Source: the human T2T-CHM13v2.0 reference genome, Homo sapiens. Taken from it: DNA of 64,000 nucleotides. The notes under the pieces were generated by a model. That model had not been told where the DNA came from. It ran no database searches and worked only from the letters and a program-made list of their open reading frames with translations. The position numbers and the translations under genes were made by a program. The stretch's first letter is position 1. Every line of letters begins with the position of its first letter. The stretch lies in the NCBI RefSeq assembly GCF_009914755.1, contig NC_060930.1, one strand, 5' to 3'. Below, in pieces: positions 13,139 through 29,129 of the stretch.

Positions 13139-13190
13139 AATAAAATGTCACTAAATGAAACTTCAGATTCAGAAATGCGTGTGTGTGTAT
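13139..13190 (+). terminator. CLVS2: Distal polyadenylation signal of CLVS2
   Basis: AATAAA at 13139-13144, CA about 20 nt downstream, then GU-rich gcgtgtgtgtgtat; U-rich upstream. Confidence 0.65.
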
Positions 13191-13539
13191 ATGCCCTTAC
13201 AGTTTTTTCATCATTAACTAAATTTCTGTAAATTTAGAAAACATCATATCAAATAGCTATGAAGAAATGTGTCATATAGAGACATATGAATTTGGTGCTA
13301 GCATTTGGACACATAAAATGCTTTAAAAACTGACTTTAAACATATATGGCTATGTTGTTATATTTTGAATTTATTGTTGATTTGATCAAGTATATTTGAT
13401 ACATTGGTATTATCTCCAAGTCATTAGAAAGAACTTCCTGACTTCTAGAATGATAGATAGAATGGAGATACAAGAAAGTGTCAGTTATATATAAAGTCTT
13501 CCCCTTAAAGCAGTGGACTGGGTTGAATAATGATTTCAG

Positions 13540-13690
13540 TTTATTTCATTTTTTACACTAACATTACCTATGTTCTGTGTACTGGGGGTATGGGAATAAA
13601 CAAAACAATGTCTTTGCCCTTCTGAAAGTCACACTCTAGTGGAGACAACATATAAAAAGCCAGTAAGAGTTGCAAGTGCAATGAAGACCT
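13540..13690 (-). mobile_element. L2 fragment
   Basis: aataaacaaaacaatgtctttgcccttctgaaagtcacactctagtggagac. Confidence 0.6.
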
Positions 13691-13775
13691 ACTAGTTTAA
13701 TTGTGTGACCTCCAGCACACTGTTTTCTCATCAGTAAAATAGGGCAATAATTGTACCAACAATATGAGCTAAGTT
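13691..13775 (+). mobile_element. MIR fragment
   Basis: tgtgtgacc...tgttttctcatcagtaaaatagggcaataattgtacc. Confidence 0.55.
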
Positions 13776-14961
13776 TCCTATGTATCCTCTTGAAAACTTG
13801 GTTCCTTCCTTTCCATGGAAAACCCCAATATAAACTCCCCTTATCCATGCTCTTTTGAGAATGGCGTTAGGGTCATGTGGTTTCTGTCTTTCTGCTCAGA
13901 GGTGGCAGTGATTGCCAGGGCTGTAGATGCTCAGGGCAAATGAATCTCCTAATCAGTGCTTTTCAGGGTCATTCAGAGGTGCTGGCTCCTGCAGAGTTTA
14001 ACTCTTTTGAGGTAAATTCCATACTCATTTACTTTATTGTAACTGAAAAATAAACTTTGATTTGCCATCAGAAGACAAAAAAGAACAAAAGATTTTAAAA
14101 TTCTGGAAATTGCACAATTTACTCTTTCCATTTAATTTGTTATTCCCCCTTACCCACAGTCAGAACCACAATTCCTGGTTTCCATTGATGGGCTTGAGTA
14201 TACTTTATGTAATACAACTGATGGAAAGCCCAACCATTGTGGTTCCAGACGTGCTAATTTAGGTAGTATTAAAAGGATCATTTTGGCTGGTATGTGAAAT
14301 GTAATGAAAACATTTGCTTTTTGTATGATGATCATACTATAAAACCTCTTGAAAAACTCATAAGAAAGTTTCAAAGTATGGGCAGAGTACAGAAATCCCA
14401 TGAGTACTGATTGTACTCATCTAGGAGGAGCCATAAGTAAATAAGTTTCTCTTATGAAAAAAAAAGTAACAACCAGCAAATGATATCTATCTTAAGGAAA
14501 CATGCCTATTTCTCTTCATATAAAAATATTACTATAGGAGAGTTTCTATGTTAGTGCAGGCTGGATGCCATGTTAATTAATGAACATAAAATTGATTCTT
14601 CTTTCATATACTGATTTTCATAAAGCAATATTTCAGGCCATCAACGATTGAGTCACTAGATTTATGATGGAGAAAAATCAGAGCCTCTATTATGATCATA
14701 GTAAAGAATACTATTTTTGGAGGCAGGAAGGTATACATACCTTTCAGATTGCCTTTAAAAAAATAAATAAACTGTTTTCTTTATGAAGTCTTTATAAATT
14801 TATTTCCATCATTGATTGTGTACTGAAATTTAAGCCAATCTCTGAAAAAACAAATAAATTGTGACTTTATACAACTTATTTACTAAAAGACATTTGAAAG
14901 CATTTTTTGAGATGAAAGAATTTTAAAACTTATTTTGCCAAAGTTGATCTTTTAACATTTA

Positions 14962-15347
<386 letters not shown>

Positions 15348-15519
15348 CTAGAAATACCTAAGCAAAAATATTTTTAAATTTAGAATAATGATGAGGATAT
15401 TTAGCAATTATATAAAATATTCAAATAGCAGATACTGCCAAGTAGATAATTATCAACATCTATGAAAATACACAAAGTATAAACTTTCCTATTTCTTCTC
15501 ACCCCATTGAAAGCTACCT

Positions 15520-15523
15520 CTTT

Positions 15524-15583
<60 letters not shown>

Positions 15584-15697
15584 TCCTTTCTTCTTTCCTC
15601 TTTCTTTCCTTCTTTCCCCTTCCCTTCCCTTCCCTTCCCTTCCCTTCCTTCCTTCCTTCCTTCCTTTCTTTCTTTCTTCTTTTTTTCTTTCTCTTTC
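15520..15697. repeat. Compound (TTTC)n/(TTCCC)n/(TTCC)n polypyrimidine microsatellite
   Basis: About 180 bp of pure C/T on the + strand. Confidence 0.97.
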
Positions 15698-15754
15698 AAA
15701 TAATAGATGCTACTGCTAGAAGATCCTTTAGAGCTTTAGAGATAATCAAAACAT

Positions 15755-15915
15755 GGCTGGGTGCAGTAACTGACAGCTATAATCCTAGCACTTTGAGAGG
15801 CTGAGACTGGAGGATCACTTGAGCCCAGGAGTTTGAGACTGCAGTAAGCTATGATCATGCCACTGCACTCCAGCCTGGGTGACAGAGCAAGACCTGAAAT
15901 CTAAAAAATAATAAA
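15755..15915 (+). mobile_element. Single Alu monomer (FRAM/AluJ-type)
   Basis: ~160 bp monomer ending in right-arm gagactgcagtaagctatgatcatgccactgcactccagcctggg plus A tail. Confidence 0.9.
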
Positions 15916-17169
15916 AATCAAAATCTTTAATTTTATTAGTATATAAATAGAGACATACCAGGTCTGTCTTGATAAAAGTAACATCACTAGTTAAGAGAAA
16001 TACTAGTAACAGAACCAAGATTTCAACTGGTCCGGTTATGCTGCTGTTCCTTTTAATACTTTTCCCCTGGCTCTCCTAAAACTTTTTCTATTAAATTCTG
16101 TTCTACTTGGACATAACCTCATTTCATTTTCTCTATATCATTAATTGTGCTCAGAATTATTCATCAGTATTATATTAGGTAAACATCTACTAATGCAAAG
16201 GGGGACAACACTCAGGAATCTTTACATTGGAAACAGATTGTACATATCCACTCTCTCCAGCCTTTCAGGATTTTAGCAATCAATGGATTTAGGATGAGCT
16301 CAGTCCAGTAGGAAGAAGAGATTTCAACAGGCCTATGTCTAAATCAAATGATAGTCACTCAAGGAAGCCAACTTTCCTGATTTTAGAAGCATGTGCTCCT
16401 TAACTTCAAGAAGAAAACTGCGTTCTCTGTGCCCTTTTCACTTTCCCTTGTGAATAGCCTTCATTTGGCCGATCAAACGGGGAGCAGGTCAACACAGGTA
16501 GTCAATTTAGCTCCTGACTTTCTTCTCTACATTTGTCAGTGATTTAGGGCAAGTAGAAGCTCAGGATGTTGACTTTTTCTATCATTACAGCTGCCAAGCA
16601 ACTATGTAGTGTATCAGAAAGCTCTGATACTGCATGGGAGAGAGTTCTTCCCAAACGTTGATTCAGGAATTTTCCCCTATTAAATTAACTTATGAAATGC
16701 TTTTCTAATAAGACTTACCGTAGTAATTTTATGGATTAGAATGTTAACACATTGGATTATCTTAAGTCTTAAAAAAATGGAGAGAAGTTGTAGATCTTAA
16801 TAGATTGGTTTAATCTAAGCATGCAAAAATATTTAATTTGATTCACTACAAGGTAATTAAAAGGTTCTGCATCATATATTGCTTGAGATTATGTTAGCAT
16901 TGCTATTGTTGAGTTTGGAAAAAGGCAGCCTTGGAGTTACTTGGTCTCTCATTTTATCTAAATTTTAACTGTTTTTATATGGTTTTAAAAATAATGTGTG
17001 AAAACATTGTATTAGACTCACACCAAGTATATAAACATCACAGAGTCATACTCTCTTAAAATAATGCATTTTAAAAAACAGTATTTATCATAGCATTCTC
17101 TTCTAAGCTGACAGTAATCTATTTTAAATAGGATTTCTTTCTGAGAAAAGAAATTATGTTTAAAAACAG

Positions 17170-18632
<1,463 letters not shown>

Positions 18633-18739
18633 TTTAAATGACTTTATCTTTTTTATCTTACATTATTTTGACATCGCAAATAAAGATTGTAATACAGATG
18701 TGTGTATATATTCTGATACATAGATATATGGTATTCCAT

Positions 18740-19750
18740 CCATATATATATATAAACTGCTCAACCTAAGATACAGACTACTATACATAGTTTTAAATCC
18801 TCTTGCATGTCTCTGATTTCCCCTTGAGGCCCTCTGGTTTCCACTTAAAGCTAACTATCCCAAATTACGTTGATTATTATTTTTATTTTTTGTATAGCTT
18901 ACCACTTACGTGTATATCTCTAAAAAATACCTTTGCATGCTTGAACTTTACATAAATGTCTTACTATATGCATTTTTCCACAACTTCCTATATTCACTCA
19001 GTAGTATGTTTTTCAGTTTCATTCATGATGTTGCACTGAAGATTATATATTTTCACTCCCGTAAATTTGATTATCCAAAAGAGTTCATGTAAGATTGGAA
19101 TGCTCACTTCTTTGAATGTTTGACAGAACTCAGTTAAATTACCTGGGATTGGTGTCTTCCTTATGGAAATATTTGAATTATCAATCTCACACCCTCAATG
19201 ATTTTAGGACTAGTATTATTTTCGGTTTCTTGTTGAGTTCATTTTGTTATTGCATTTAATTTTCTAAGAATTTGACTATATTCACTGAATTTTAAAAAAT
19301 CATTGCTTGCATTTTATAATATTCTCTACCTTTGAAAATATAAATGCTGCATTTGTCTTTATTGCTCCTTTCTATTCTTCATATTATTAATTTTTAAATT
19401 AATATTTTAATTAATTGAAGCCTTCTCTATATAACTTAGCTGAAATTCTTGTACCTTTGCTTCCTATTCACTAATTCCACTATAATGTTTATTGTTTGCT
19501 TCTTTCTTGTGTAAAATTTTGTGAATCTTGTTTTTTTTTATAATTTCCTAATTTGGTTCTAAACTATTAAATTTAAGTCTTTCCTATTTTCTAATAAAAT
19601 TTTTTTGAAAGCGATGGATTTTCCCTTGGGAAATGATTTTTTTTCAAAATATTTTACATTTTTGCCTCTCATATTTAATTCTAGACCTATGTGGAATTGA
19701 TATTTGTATGTAGTGAATGGTACAGATCAAATACTGCTTTTCCCCCTTCT
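18740..19750 (-). mobile_element. Old L1 (L1ME-type) fragments
   Basis: ttgaactttacataaatg...ttcattcatgatgttgca (3' end) and ctttgaatgtttgacagaactcag (ORF2), both antisense. Confidence 0.65.
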
Positions 19751-21077
19751 GACCAGGAGATAGTGTAGCCTGATGTAATTACTTATTGCTCTGTGTTTCA
19801 AATGACCCAGACCTGTTTTACTCTGTACCCTCAGTAACTATTCAAACCAAAACTTTAGATGAAACAAAGTCAGCAGAAGATCCAGCTCTATGGATGTCAT
19901 TGGTCTCTGATATCCTTCCTTGGATTCTTAAACCTCTCTTGTATTTATAAAGTGAAGATTTCCCTTATTTTCTTGCCAGTTTAGCTTTATTTAAATAGTG
20001 TGGGGTTTTTGTTGTTGTTGTTTGTATGATAGCATTTCTACTTGTGTTGTTGAAGGAGAAGTTGATAGTGTATTACATATGAGTAGTACGAGAAATCTAT
20101 TAAATTGATCGTCATTATAAGAACTTGGAACTCCCACAGAATAAAGCCTTTAGGATAATGAACCTAACTTAGTTTTAAAGAAATTTACATTAATGTTGCT
20201 AATCCCTTTATGTGTTTTTTTAATCATCAACACTTTTGACATATGTCTCAATACAATGTGTTCCAATATTGTTCATTCAAGAAAAGAAAATTATGGGAGT
20301 AGGATGCGAAACAGCCACTGATTTAAAAACATATATTCTAGACATTGTAGGTGCACATTAAGTAAGGTATTCCATATTGGCTGTAATTGATGGTAAGTTT
20401 CCTTGGAATCAAAATTGCTTCTTTTATTTTTCTCTTACAGACAATTTATGTATTGGCATAGGCAAAAAGTTTTGTCACCTGGTGCCTGTGTACTCTTCCA
20501 TAATATTAGGCAGCACTTTCTGAAGGCATGGATACACAAAAAATATTCAACAAAGAGTCTGTCATTTCTTCTGCATTTCTTCTTTTTAAACAATCACATA
20601 TGAGAAACGAATTCATTTTGGGATTATAGGAGGCTATGTTAAGATAACCAAAATAATTGGGTAGGCTTCTTTCTACTTCTAATTTTTCAGAACCTTCAGG
20701 TTGTCTCTAAAGCAGTTTATTAACAAAATTATTTTATACCTTATAGAATGAGTGGTCCAGAATTACACAATTTTCTTACAAAACTTTTGCCTTATAAGAT
20801 TTATGATGGTCTCTTACAAGATTTGTTATTTGTGGACCAACATGAAACCTATCAAACATTGCTCAGAACCTAGGATGACTTTTAGATTCCTAAATAGTTT
20901 TCTACAATTGTCTGGATAAAAAGGTTCGCAGTGGGTATTAATAATATGAATAGACTAGAACAACTGATACTTATGAAAAAATCAGGGACAAACCAAGATA
21001 ACCATGAGAGTAAGCCCTGATACCCTAGAATGGTGGTTAGGTGGTCGCTCAGATCAGACTCTTGAGTTTAAGTCCTT

Positions 21078-23734
21078 TGTATTAGCTTACAAGGGCAGTC
21101 ATAACAAAATCCCAAGGACCAGGTGACTTAGACAACAGAAATGTATGCCCTTACAGTTCTGGACTCTGGAACCCAAGATCGAGGTGGTTTATTCTGAGGG
21201 TTGTCTCCTTGGTTGTGGCTGACGCCTTCTCAATGCCTTCACATGGTTCTCCCTAGTGTTTTCTGTATGTTCAAATCTCCTCTTATAAGGATACTGGTCA
21301 GTTTGCATTAGGGCCCATCCTAATTGCTTCATTTTAGCTTAAATACCACTTAAAGGCCCTATCTCCATGTCTTAGTTCATTTTCACAGGCTGCTGATAAA
21401 GACATACCCAAAATTGGGAACAGAAAAATGTTTAACTGGACTTTTAGTTCCACACGGCTGGGAAGGCCTCAGAATCATGATGGGAAATGAAAGGCATTTC
21501 CTTCATGGTGGCAGCAAGAGAAAAATGAGGAAGACGTGAAAGTGGAAACTCCTGATAAACCCATCAGGTCTCATGAGACTTATTGACTATCATGAGAATA
21601 GCGTGGGAAAGGCCAGCCCCCATGATTCAATTACCTCCCCCTGGGTCCTTCCCACAGACGTGGGAATTCTGGGAAATACAATTCAAGTTGAGATTTGGTT
21701 GGGGACACAGCCAAACCATATTATTCTGCCCCTGGCTCCTCCAAATCTCATGTTTTCACATTTCAAAACCAATCATACCTTCACAACAGTCCCCCAAAGT
21801 CTGAACTCATTTCAGCATTAACCCAAAAGTCCACTGTCCAAAGTCTCATTTGGGCCAAGGCAAGTTCCTTCTGCCTATGAGTCTGTAAAATCAAAAGAAA
21901 ACTAGTTACTTCCTAGATACAATGGGGGTACAGGTATTGGGTAAATGCAGAAGTTCCAAATGGGAAAAAATGGCCAAAACGAAGGGGTTACAGGGCCCAT
22001 GCAAGTGCAAAATCCAGCAGGGATGTCAAATTTTAAAACTCCAAAATGATCTCCTTTGACTCTAGGTCTCACATCCAGTTCACACTGATGCAAAAGATGG
22101 GTTCCCATGGTCTTGGGAAGCTCTGTCCCTGTGGCTTTGCAGGGTATAGCCTCAATCCTGGCTGCTTTCATTGGCTGCTGTTGAGTGTCTGTGGCTTTTC
22201 CAGGCATGCAGTGCAAGCTGCCAGTGGATCTACCATTATGGGATCTGGAAGACTGTGGCCCTCTTCTCACAGCTCCAGTAGGCAGTGCCCCAGTAGGGAT
22301 TCTCTGTGGGGGCTCTGACCCCACATTTCCTTTCTGCACTGCCCTAGCAGAGGTTCTCCATGAGGGCTCTGCCCCTGCAGCAAACTTTTGCCTAGGCATC
22401 AAGGCATTTCCATGCATCTTCTGAAATCTAGGTGGAGGTTCTCAAATCTCAATTCTTGCCTTCTGTGCACCCACAGGCTCAACACCATGTGGAAACTGCC
22501 AAAGCTTAGGGCTTCCACCCTCTGAAGCTACACCTGAGCTATATGTTGGCCCCTTTCAGCCACGGCTGTAGCATCTGGGACACAGGACACCAAATCCCTA
22601 GTTTGCACACAGCACGGGGACCCTGGGTCCGTCCCATGAAACCACTTTTTCCTCCTGGCCTCTGGGCCTGTGATGGGAGGGGCTGCCGTGAAGGTCTCTA
22701 ACATGTCCTGGAGACATTTTCCCATGGTCTTGGAGATTAACATTAGGCTCCTTGCTACTTATGAAATTTCTGCAGCCAGCTTGAATTTCTTCTCAAAAAA
22801 TGGGTTTTTCTTTTTCTACTGCATCATAAGGCTGCAAATTTTGTGAACTTTTATGCTGTTTCCCTTTTAAAACCGAATGCTTTTAACAGCACCGAGGTAA
22901 CCTTTTGAATGCTTCACTGCTTAGAAATTCCTTCCACCAGATCCCCTAAATCATCTCTCTCAAGTTCAAAGTTCCACAAATCTCTAGGGCAGGGGCAAAA
23001 TGCTGCCAGTCTCTTTGCTAAAACATAACAAGCATCACCTTTGCTCCAGTTCCCAACAAGTTCCTCATCTCTGTCTGGGACCACCTCAGTCTGGACCTTA
23101 TTGTTCGTATCACTAACAGCATTTTTGTCAAAGCCATTCAACAAGTCTCTAGGAGGTTCCAAACTTTCTCATATTTTCCTGTCTTCTTCTGAGCCCTCCA
23201 AACTGTTCCAACCTCTGCCTGTTACCCAGTTCCAAAGTTGCTTCCACATTTTCGGGTATCTTTTCAGCAGCGCCCCACTCTACTGGTACCAATTTACTGT
23301 ATTAGTTCATTTTCATGCTGCTGATAAAGACAAACCCAAAGCTGGAAATAAAAAGAGGTTTAATTGGACTTACAGTTCCATATGGCTAGGTGGACCTCAA
23401 AATCATGGCAGTAGGCAAAAGACACTACTTACATGGCAGCAGAAAGAGAAAAATGAGGAAGAAGCAAAAGCGAAAACCCCTGATGAACCCATCAGATCTC
23501 GTGAGACTTATTCGCTATCATGAGAATAGCACGGGAAAGACTGGCCCCCATCATTCAATTACATCCCCCGGGTCCCTCCCACAACATGTGGCAATTCTGG
23601 GAGATACAATTGAAGTTGAAATTTGGGTGGGGACACAGCCAGATCATATCACTCCAAATATATTCACAGTCTGAAGTCCTGCAGGTTAGGGCTTCAACAC
23701 ATGATTTTAAGGGAACACAGTTCAGCCCATAACA
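21078..23734 (-). mobile_element. MLT1B solo LTR (MaLR) split by THE1A (pieces 21078-21367 and 23652-23734)
   Basis: TG...CA termini; reverse complement begins tgttatgggctgaactgtg; TSD tcctt/tccgt. Confidence 0.85.
21368..23651 (-). mobile_element. Full-length THE1A (LTR 21368-21723, internal 21724-23297, LTR 23298-23651)
   Basis: Two homologous ~355-bp LTRs, ~1.57 kb internal region, perfect 5-bp TSD ctcca (21363-21367, 23652-23656); THE1A-type ctcaacttgaattgta. Confidence 0.95.
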
Positions 23735-25329
23735 TCCGTCCTTGTCATTTAGTAGCTGGAGAGACATCAGGCCATTTTTTTTCCTCCTTTGTATTTCTCA
23801 GGATTTTTGTGACTATTAAAGGAAAAGGCACATGCTGAGCACTTAGCTTAATGCCAGGTAAAAGCAAATGTTGGTGATTGGTTTTAATTATGATGTAATA
23901 GAAACTTTACATTTTCACATTTAGGTGAAAAATTATAATATACAAAGAAATAAGATAATAGTGTGAAGTGTGGTGTTAATGTAAAGGAAGGCATCGAAAA
24001 CTGGAGGTCATAAACCTAGTGCCTCTTTTGCTCCAAATTAGTCTTTTATATTTATAAATGTAGTAGGTTTTTCCCAGGTCCTCATACCTCATTTGAAGAC
24101 AGAAGAAACAAAAAGTGTTTCTGGCCTGTGTCTCTTGCCTTGTAGACCATCCATTTCTATCTTCTCTTACCACTGAGTAATTCTTGCCCCTACCCCCCAT
24201 CAATGGGAGCTTGCAGCTTACAAAGGGCAAATGGGAAATGGAAAAATGTCAGCAGAGTCATGAAGTTGAACTAGAAGATGGGGAGACAAGACTTTTCAGT
24301 TTGAGATGAGTATTTTTAAGCAATATTGAAAACTATGTCAAAGAAAAGTCTCAAATAATAACGAATGTTGAAATAATATTGGTCGTTATGTTCACTAAGT
24401 GTTGTTAACAGTACAGACAATGTAACAAATGATTATTGAGTTATTAAGTCACTAAACACTGAATTATTTTACTTTATTATTGAATATATAACATTCTACT
24501 TTGTAAACATTTTTAATAAACATGAAATAATGGAGACCATATTATGTGCCATGTACTTTTTAAATGAAAGTTCATTATTTTTATACTTTATTTTGATGAA
24601 AGTAAAGATGTTCTGAATATGAGTTCAGAGTAATAAATGATAGAAGCAGGATTTTTTAAAAAGTACTTAGTTATCTAATACCTAAGATATTTCCACTACA
24701 GCTTTCTGCTACCTACATGTACCTTGATATTACCAGAAAGTTAATTTAATCAGGATATTCTGCTTTTTAAAGAATTCTAATTCATAGAGATTTTGCAATA
24801 TGTGTTATACTGCGCAGCATATCAAGCATGTTATATATAACATGTTTTGTGTAATCTACACAGATTAGTTGTTTAACTGCTAATGGAAATGATCTTAAGT
24901 CATTTTATAGTAATAAAAAATTTCTCTCTGTTGTGCTTACAGCAATTTGGCTTTCACTATTGATATATTTGCAAAATGTGTCAATAAAAGCAAGATCTAA
25001 AATACATGGAAGATCTATCCCATAAAAACAGTTTTATCTACATATTTTGACAGATTTTTAGTGCAATGTAATGACCAGTAATGTGAAAATTATGGTGTGT
25101 GAATGCCATTATTTCTATATCAAAGGCAAAGCTGAATGAAATATATGAATTGAAAATAAGAATGGACACTCCCAAAAAGGAGATTCATATTGGAAGCGTA
25201 TGTTAAATCTAAGCCTCTTGGAAATAATCACCAGGAAATAGCTTCTACTGTTCTGTGAATATAGTACAAATGTGGCATGTGCATTACATGTGTTAGAATT
25301 TTTTAAAGTTTACTTTTTAAGCAAAATCA

Positions 25330-25630
<301 letters not shown>

Positions 25631-26759
25631 AAAATCACTGTAAAAAAAGAAGAAAAGTGTGAGAAAACTATCTCTAACATTTTGTTATTCGCAAACAAGT
25701 GAGTTTTATTAAGGTATACATGATCTCCATTGCATGGGGCATGGCTCCCCTTCCTCCAGACAGGCTTGGCAAGTGAAACGGACAAAACACATGGCATGAG
25801 GATCATTAAAATGCTCATCTTCATCCTTATCTCTGTTAATTAAAAAAAAAATCTCTTATGCTGGCTCTGTTTGTCTGATCTTATCATATTACTTATTCTT
25901 CCAGATGACATAGTGAAAGACACGTTGAATAGATTTCTGGGAACTCTAACAACTAAAGCCTACCGTTACTTGGTTGATTAGATTAACCATATGCCTCCTA
26001 CCAGTTTCCCATAATAAATAGTAACAGACGTTTTGAAAAAATTAAAGAAGTATAAAGAGAGAGATGAGAAATATATAAAATAAAATTTTAGTCGGTTAAA
26101 AAAATTTCTGGATGAAGCCCTCTGGAATGAGAAACAAAAAATTGCATAACGTGAATCATTTGATTCTTTCTATAGCTAGATAGGTGATATAAAGGATCTT
26201 TATAGGACACAGAATGTTCTTTATGGAACAGGGAAACATTGACATATTTTGAAAAAAAAATTAAATTGGCCCAGCTCTCACTCCCAAGTGGTGGGGGTGG
26301 AGAACATTGCTTGATAGCACAATATCTCAGTTGGGTATTTTTGCAATTTACATGACAAAAGTAATTTGGCTGCCAGTCACAGTCGACGGAAATTCTGAAA
26401 ACTAATAATTCATAGTGCAGTGCTGTTTATGGGACATTATTCCTAATTTTAAACTCTTTAATTTACCTCCCATGTGATTCCCATTTAGAAAGAAAATGCA
26501 TAAAAGTACTGAGAAGAAAACAGAAACCATAGGATAGAGAGTTTTTGCTAATTGTTCTTATAACATAAATCCTGCTTTTCCCAATTGTAGTAAATCAGTG
26601 AGTCACTTGATATATAATATTTATAAATAGAAAAACAGGATATTCATTTATAGCAACATGTACAAGCAACACAACTAGAATGGGTACGATACTTAAATTT
26701 TTTTAAAATGAATACCTGAGCAAACAAGAAAATAAAGGAAATATTCAACATAAAATGAA

Positions 26760-27390
26760 AGTCCTGAAGCACTTGCATTAAACTGGGTGGTGGGTGTGTG
26801 GAATGGAGAGGTGGGAAGTTGGTGGAGAACTTTGCTATTTTTGGGTGTAAGAAAAGGGTGACAAATCAGAACTGAGATCCTGCACTAAGGTAGGTCCCAC
26901 AAAGGGGTGTACTCTCAGTAAAAGGTTAGAATAGAAAGAGCCCACTCACCCCCAAAGGTAAACCCACCCTCATACGGAGCCTGGTAAACCTCAGTCTGGC
27001 TTCTTGTGTCAAATATAAGTCTCCTTTGAGAATTCATAACCATCCACCTCCTTCTCGCTCGTGTGGACTACAGGTTCCAATTTATACTACATGAGTGGTC
27101 CAGAAAACCATAATCAGAAATCGTATTTAAAAAGTAGTCCCAACTGGCAGCACCCGTGGAAGGCCTGTCAAAAACAAAAGCACCATTCTGGAGACATGGC
27201 CAACCCATGTTCTCAGGATCTCCACAGAGATAAGCTTCCTGAAGAGAAGTTCACCATCCAGTTTTAAAATCTAGGAGGAATAAATTTACCATGAACAAGA
27301 ATCATCAGATACGAGAAACTGTAAAAGGCATATCATCTCCGTGAAAGTTTTAGATATTAAACTATCAAAGATTATAAAAATGGTAAGTGT
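26760..27390 (+). mobile_element. Old L1 (L1ME/L1M) 5' region
   Basis: ccaatttatactacatgagtggtccagaaaacc and tttaaaaagtagtcccaactgg resemble L1ME 5' sequences as I recall them. Confidence 0.5.
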
Positions 27391-27419
27391 GCCTACTGAC
27401 TTATTTAGTCAACTTTCTT

Positions 27420-28850
<1,431 letters not shown>

Positions 28851-29129
28851 AAGGAATGTCATGATTTTGGCTTACTCCACCACTATATAAATATTGTCCT
28901 GACAATTAAATAATTTTGATGAAGTGCCATTCTGTTAACCTGCTGAAAAGGCCCACATGTGTCCATGTTTTCCAGGCCCTGTAAAATGTGGTTAAATTAG
29001 GTCCAGGTGCCATTTAAGGTGAACATTGTTCTCTGTGCAAGCTGCTTATAGGGTAGTGTTTAGCTATCTCAGTTCCATTAAAGAGAGTCAGAGAGATTGA
29101 TCCTCATTAAATGACTAGTCTGCAAGACT

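Larger units (their letters stand above)
4002..13165 (+). other. CLVS2: Long 3'UTR of CLVS2 (longest isoform; end approximate)
   Basis: AU-rich, transposon-poor sequence after the stop codon, ending at a canonical poly(A) signal with GU-rich downstream element; fits my recollection that CLVS2 has a very long 3'UTR. Confidence 0.65.
21028..23880 (+). mobile_element. MIR split by MLT1B/THE1A (pieces ~21028-21077 and ~23735-23880)
   Basis: 5' piece tggtggttag...cagactcttgagtttaagtcc continues after the LTR as ccttgtcatttagtagctg...aggatttttgtgactattaaa. Confidence 0.6.

Noticed and set aside
13895-13918. CTCF-like AGGTGGCAG and TGGCA...TGCCA palindrome
   Set aside because: Lacks the upstream CC of the CTCF core; TGGC-GCCA spacing is 7, not the 5 NFI needs
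20391-20440. Donor-like GGTAAGT followed by a strong acceptor
   Set aside because: Only ~47 nt apart, too short for a normal human intron; no supporting exon structure
21902-23162. Minus-strand ORFs of 71-171 aa
   Set aside because: Frameshifted remnants of the MaLR internal ORF of THE1A; not intact
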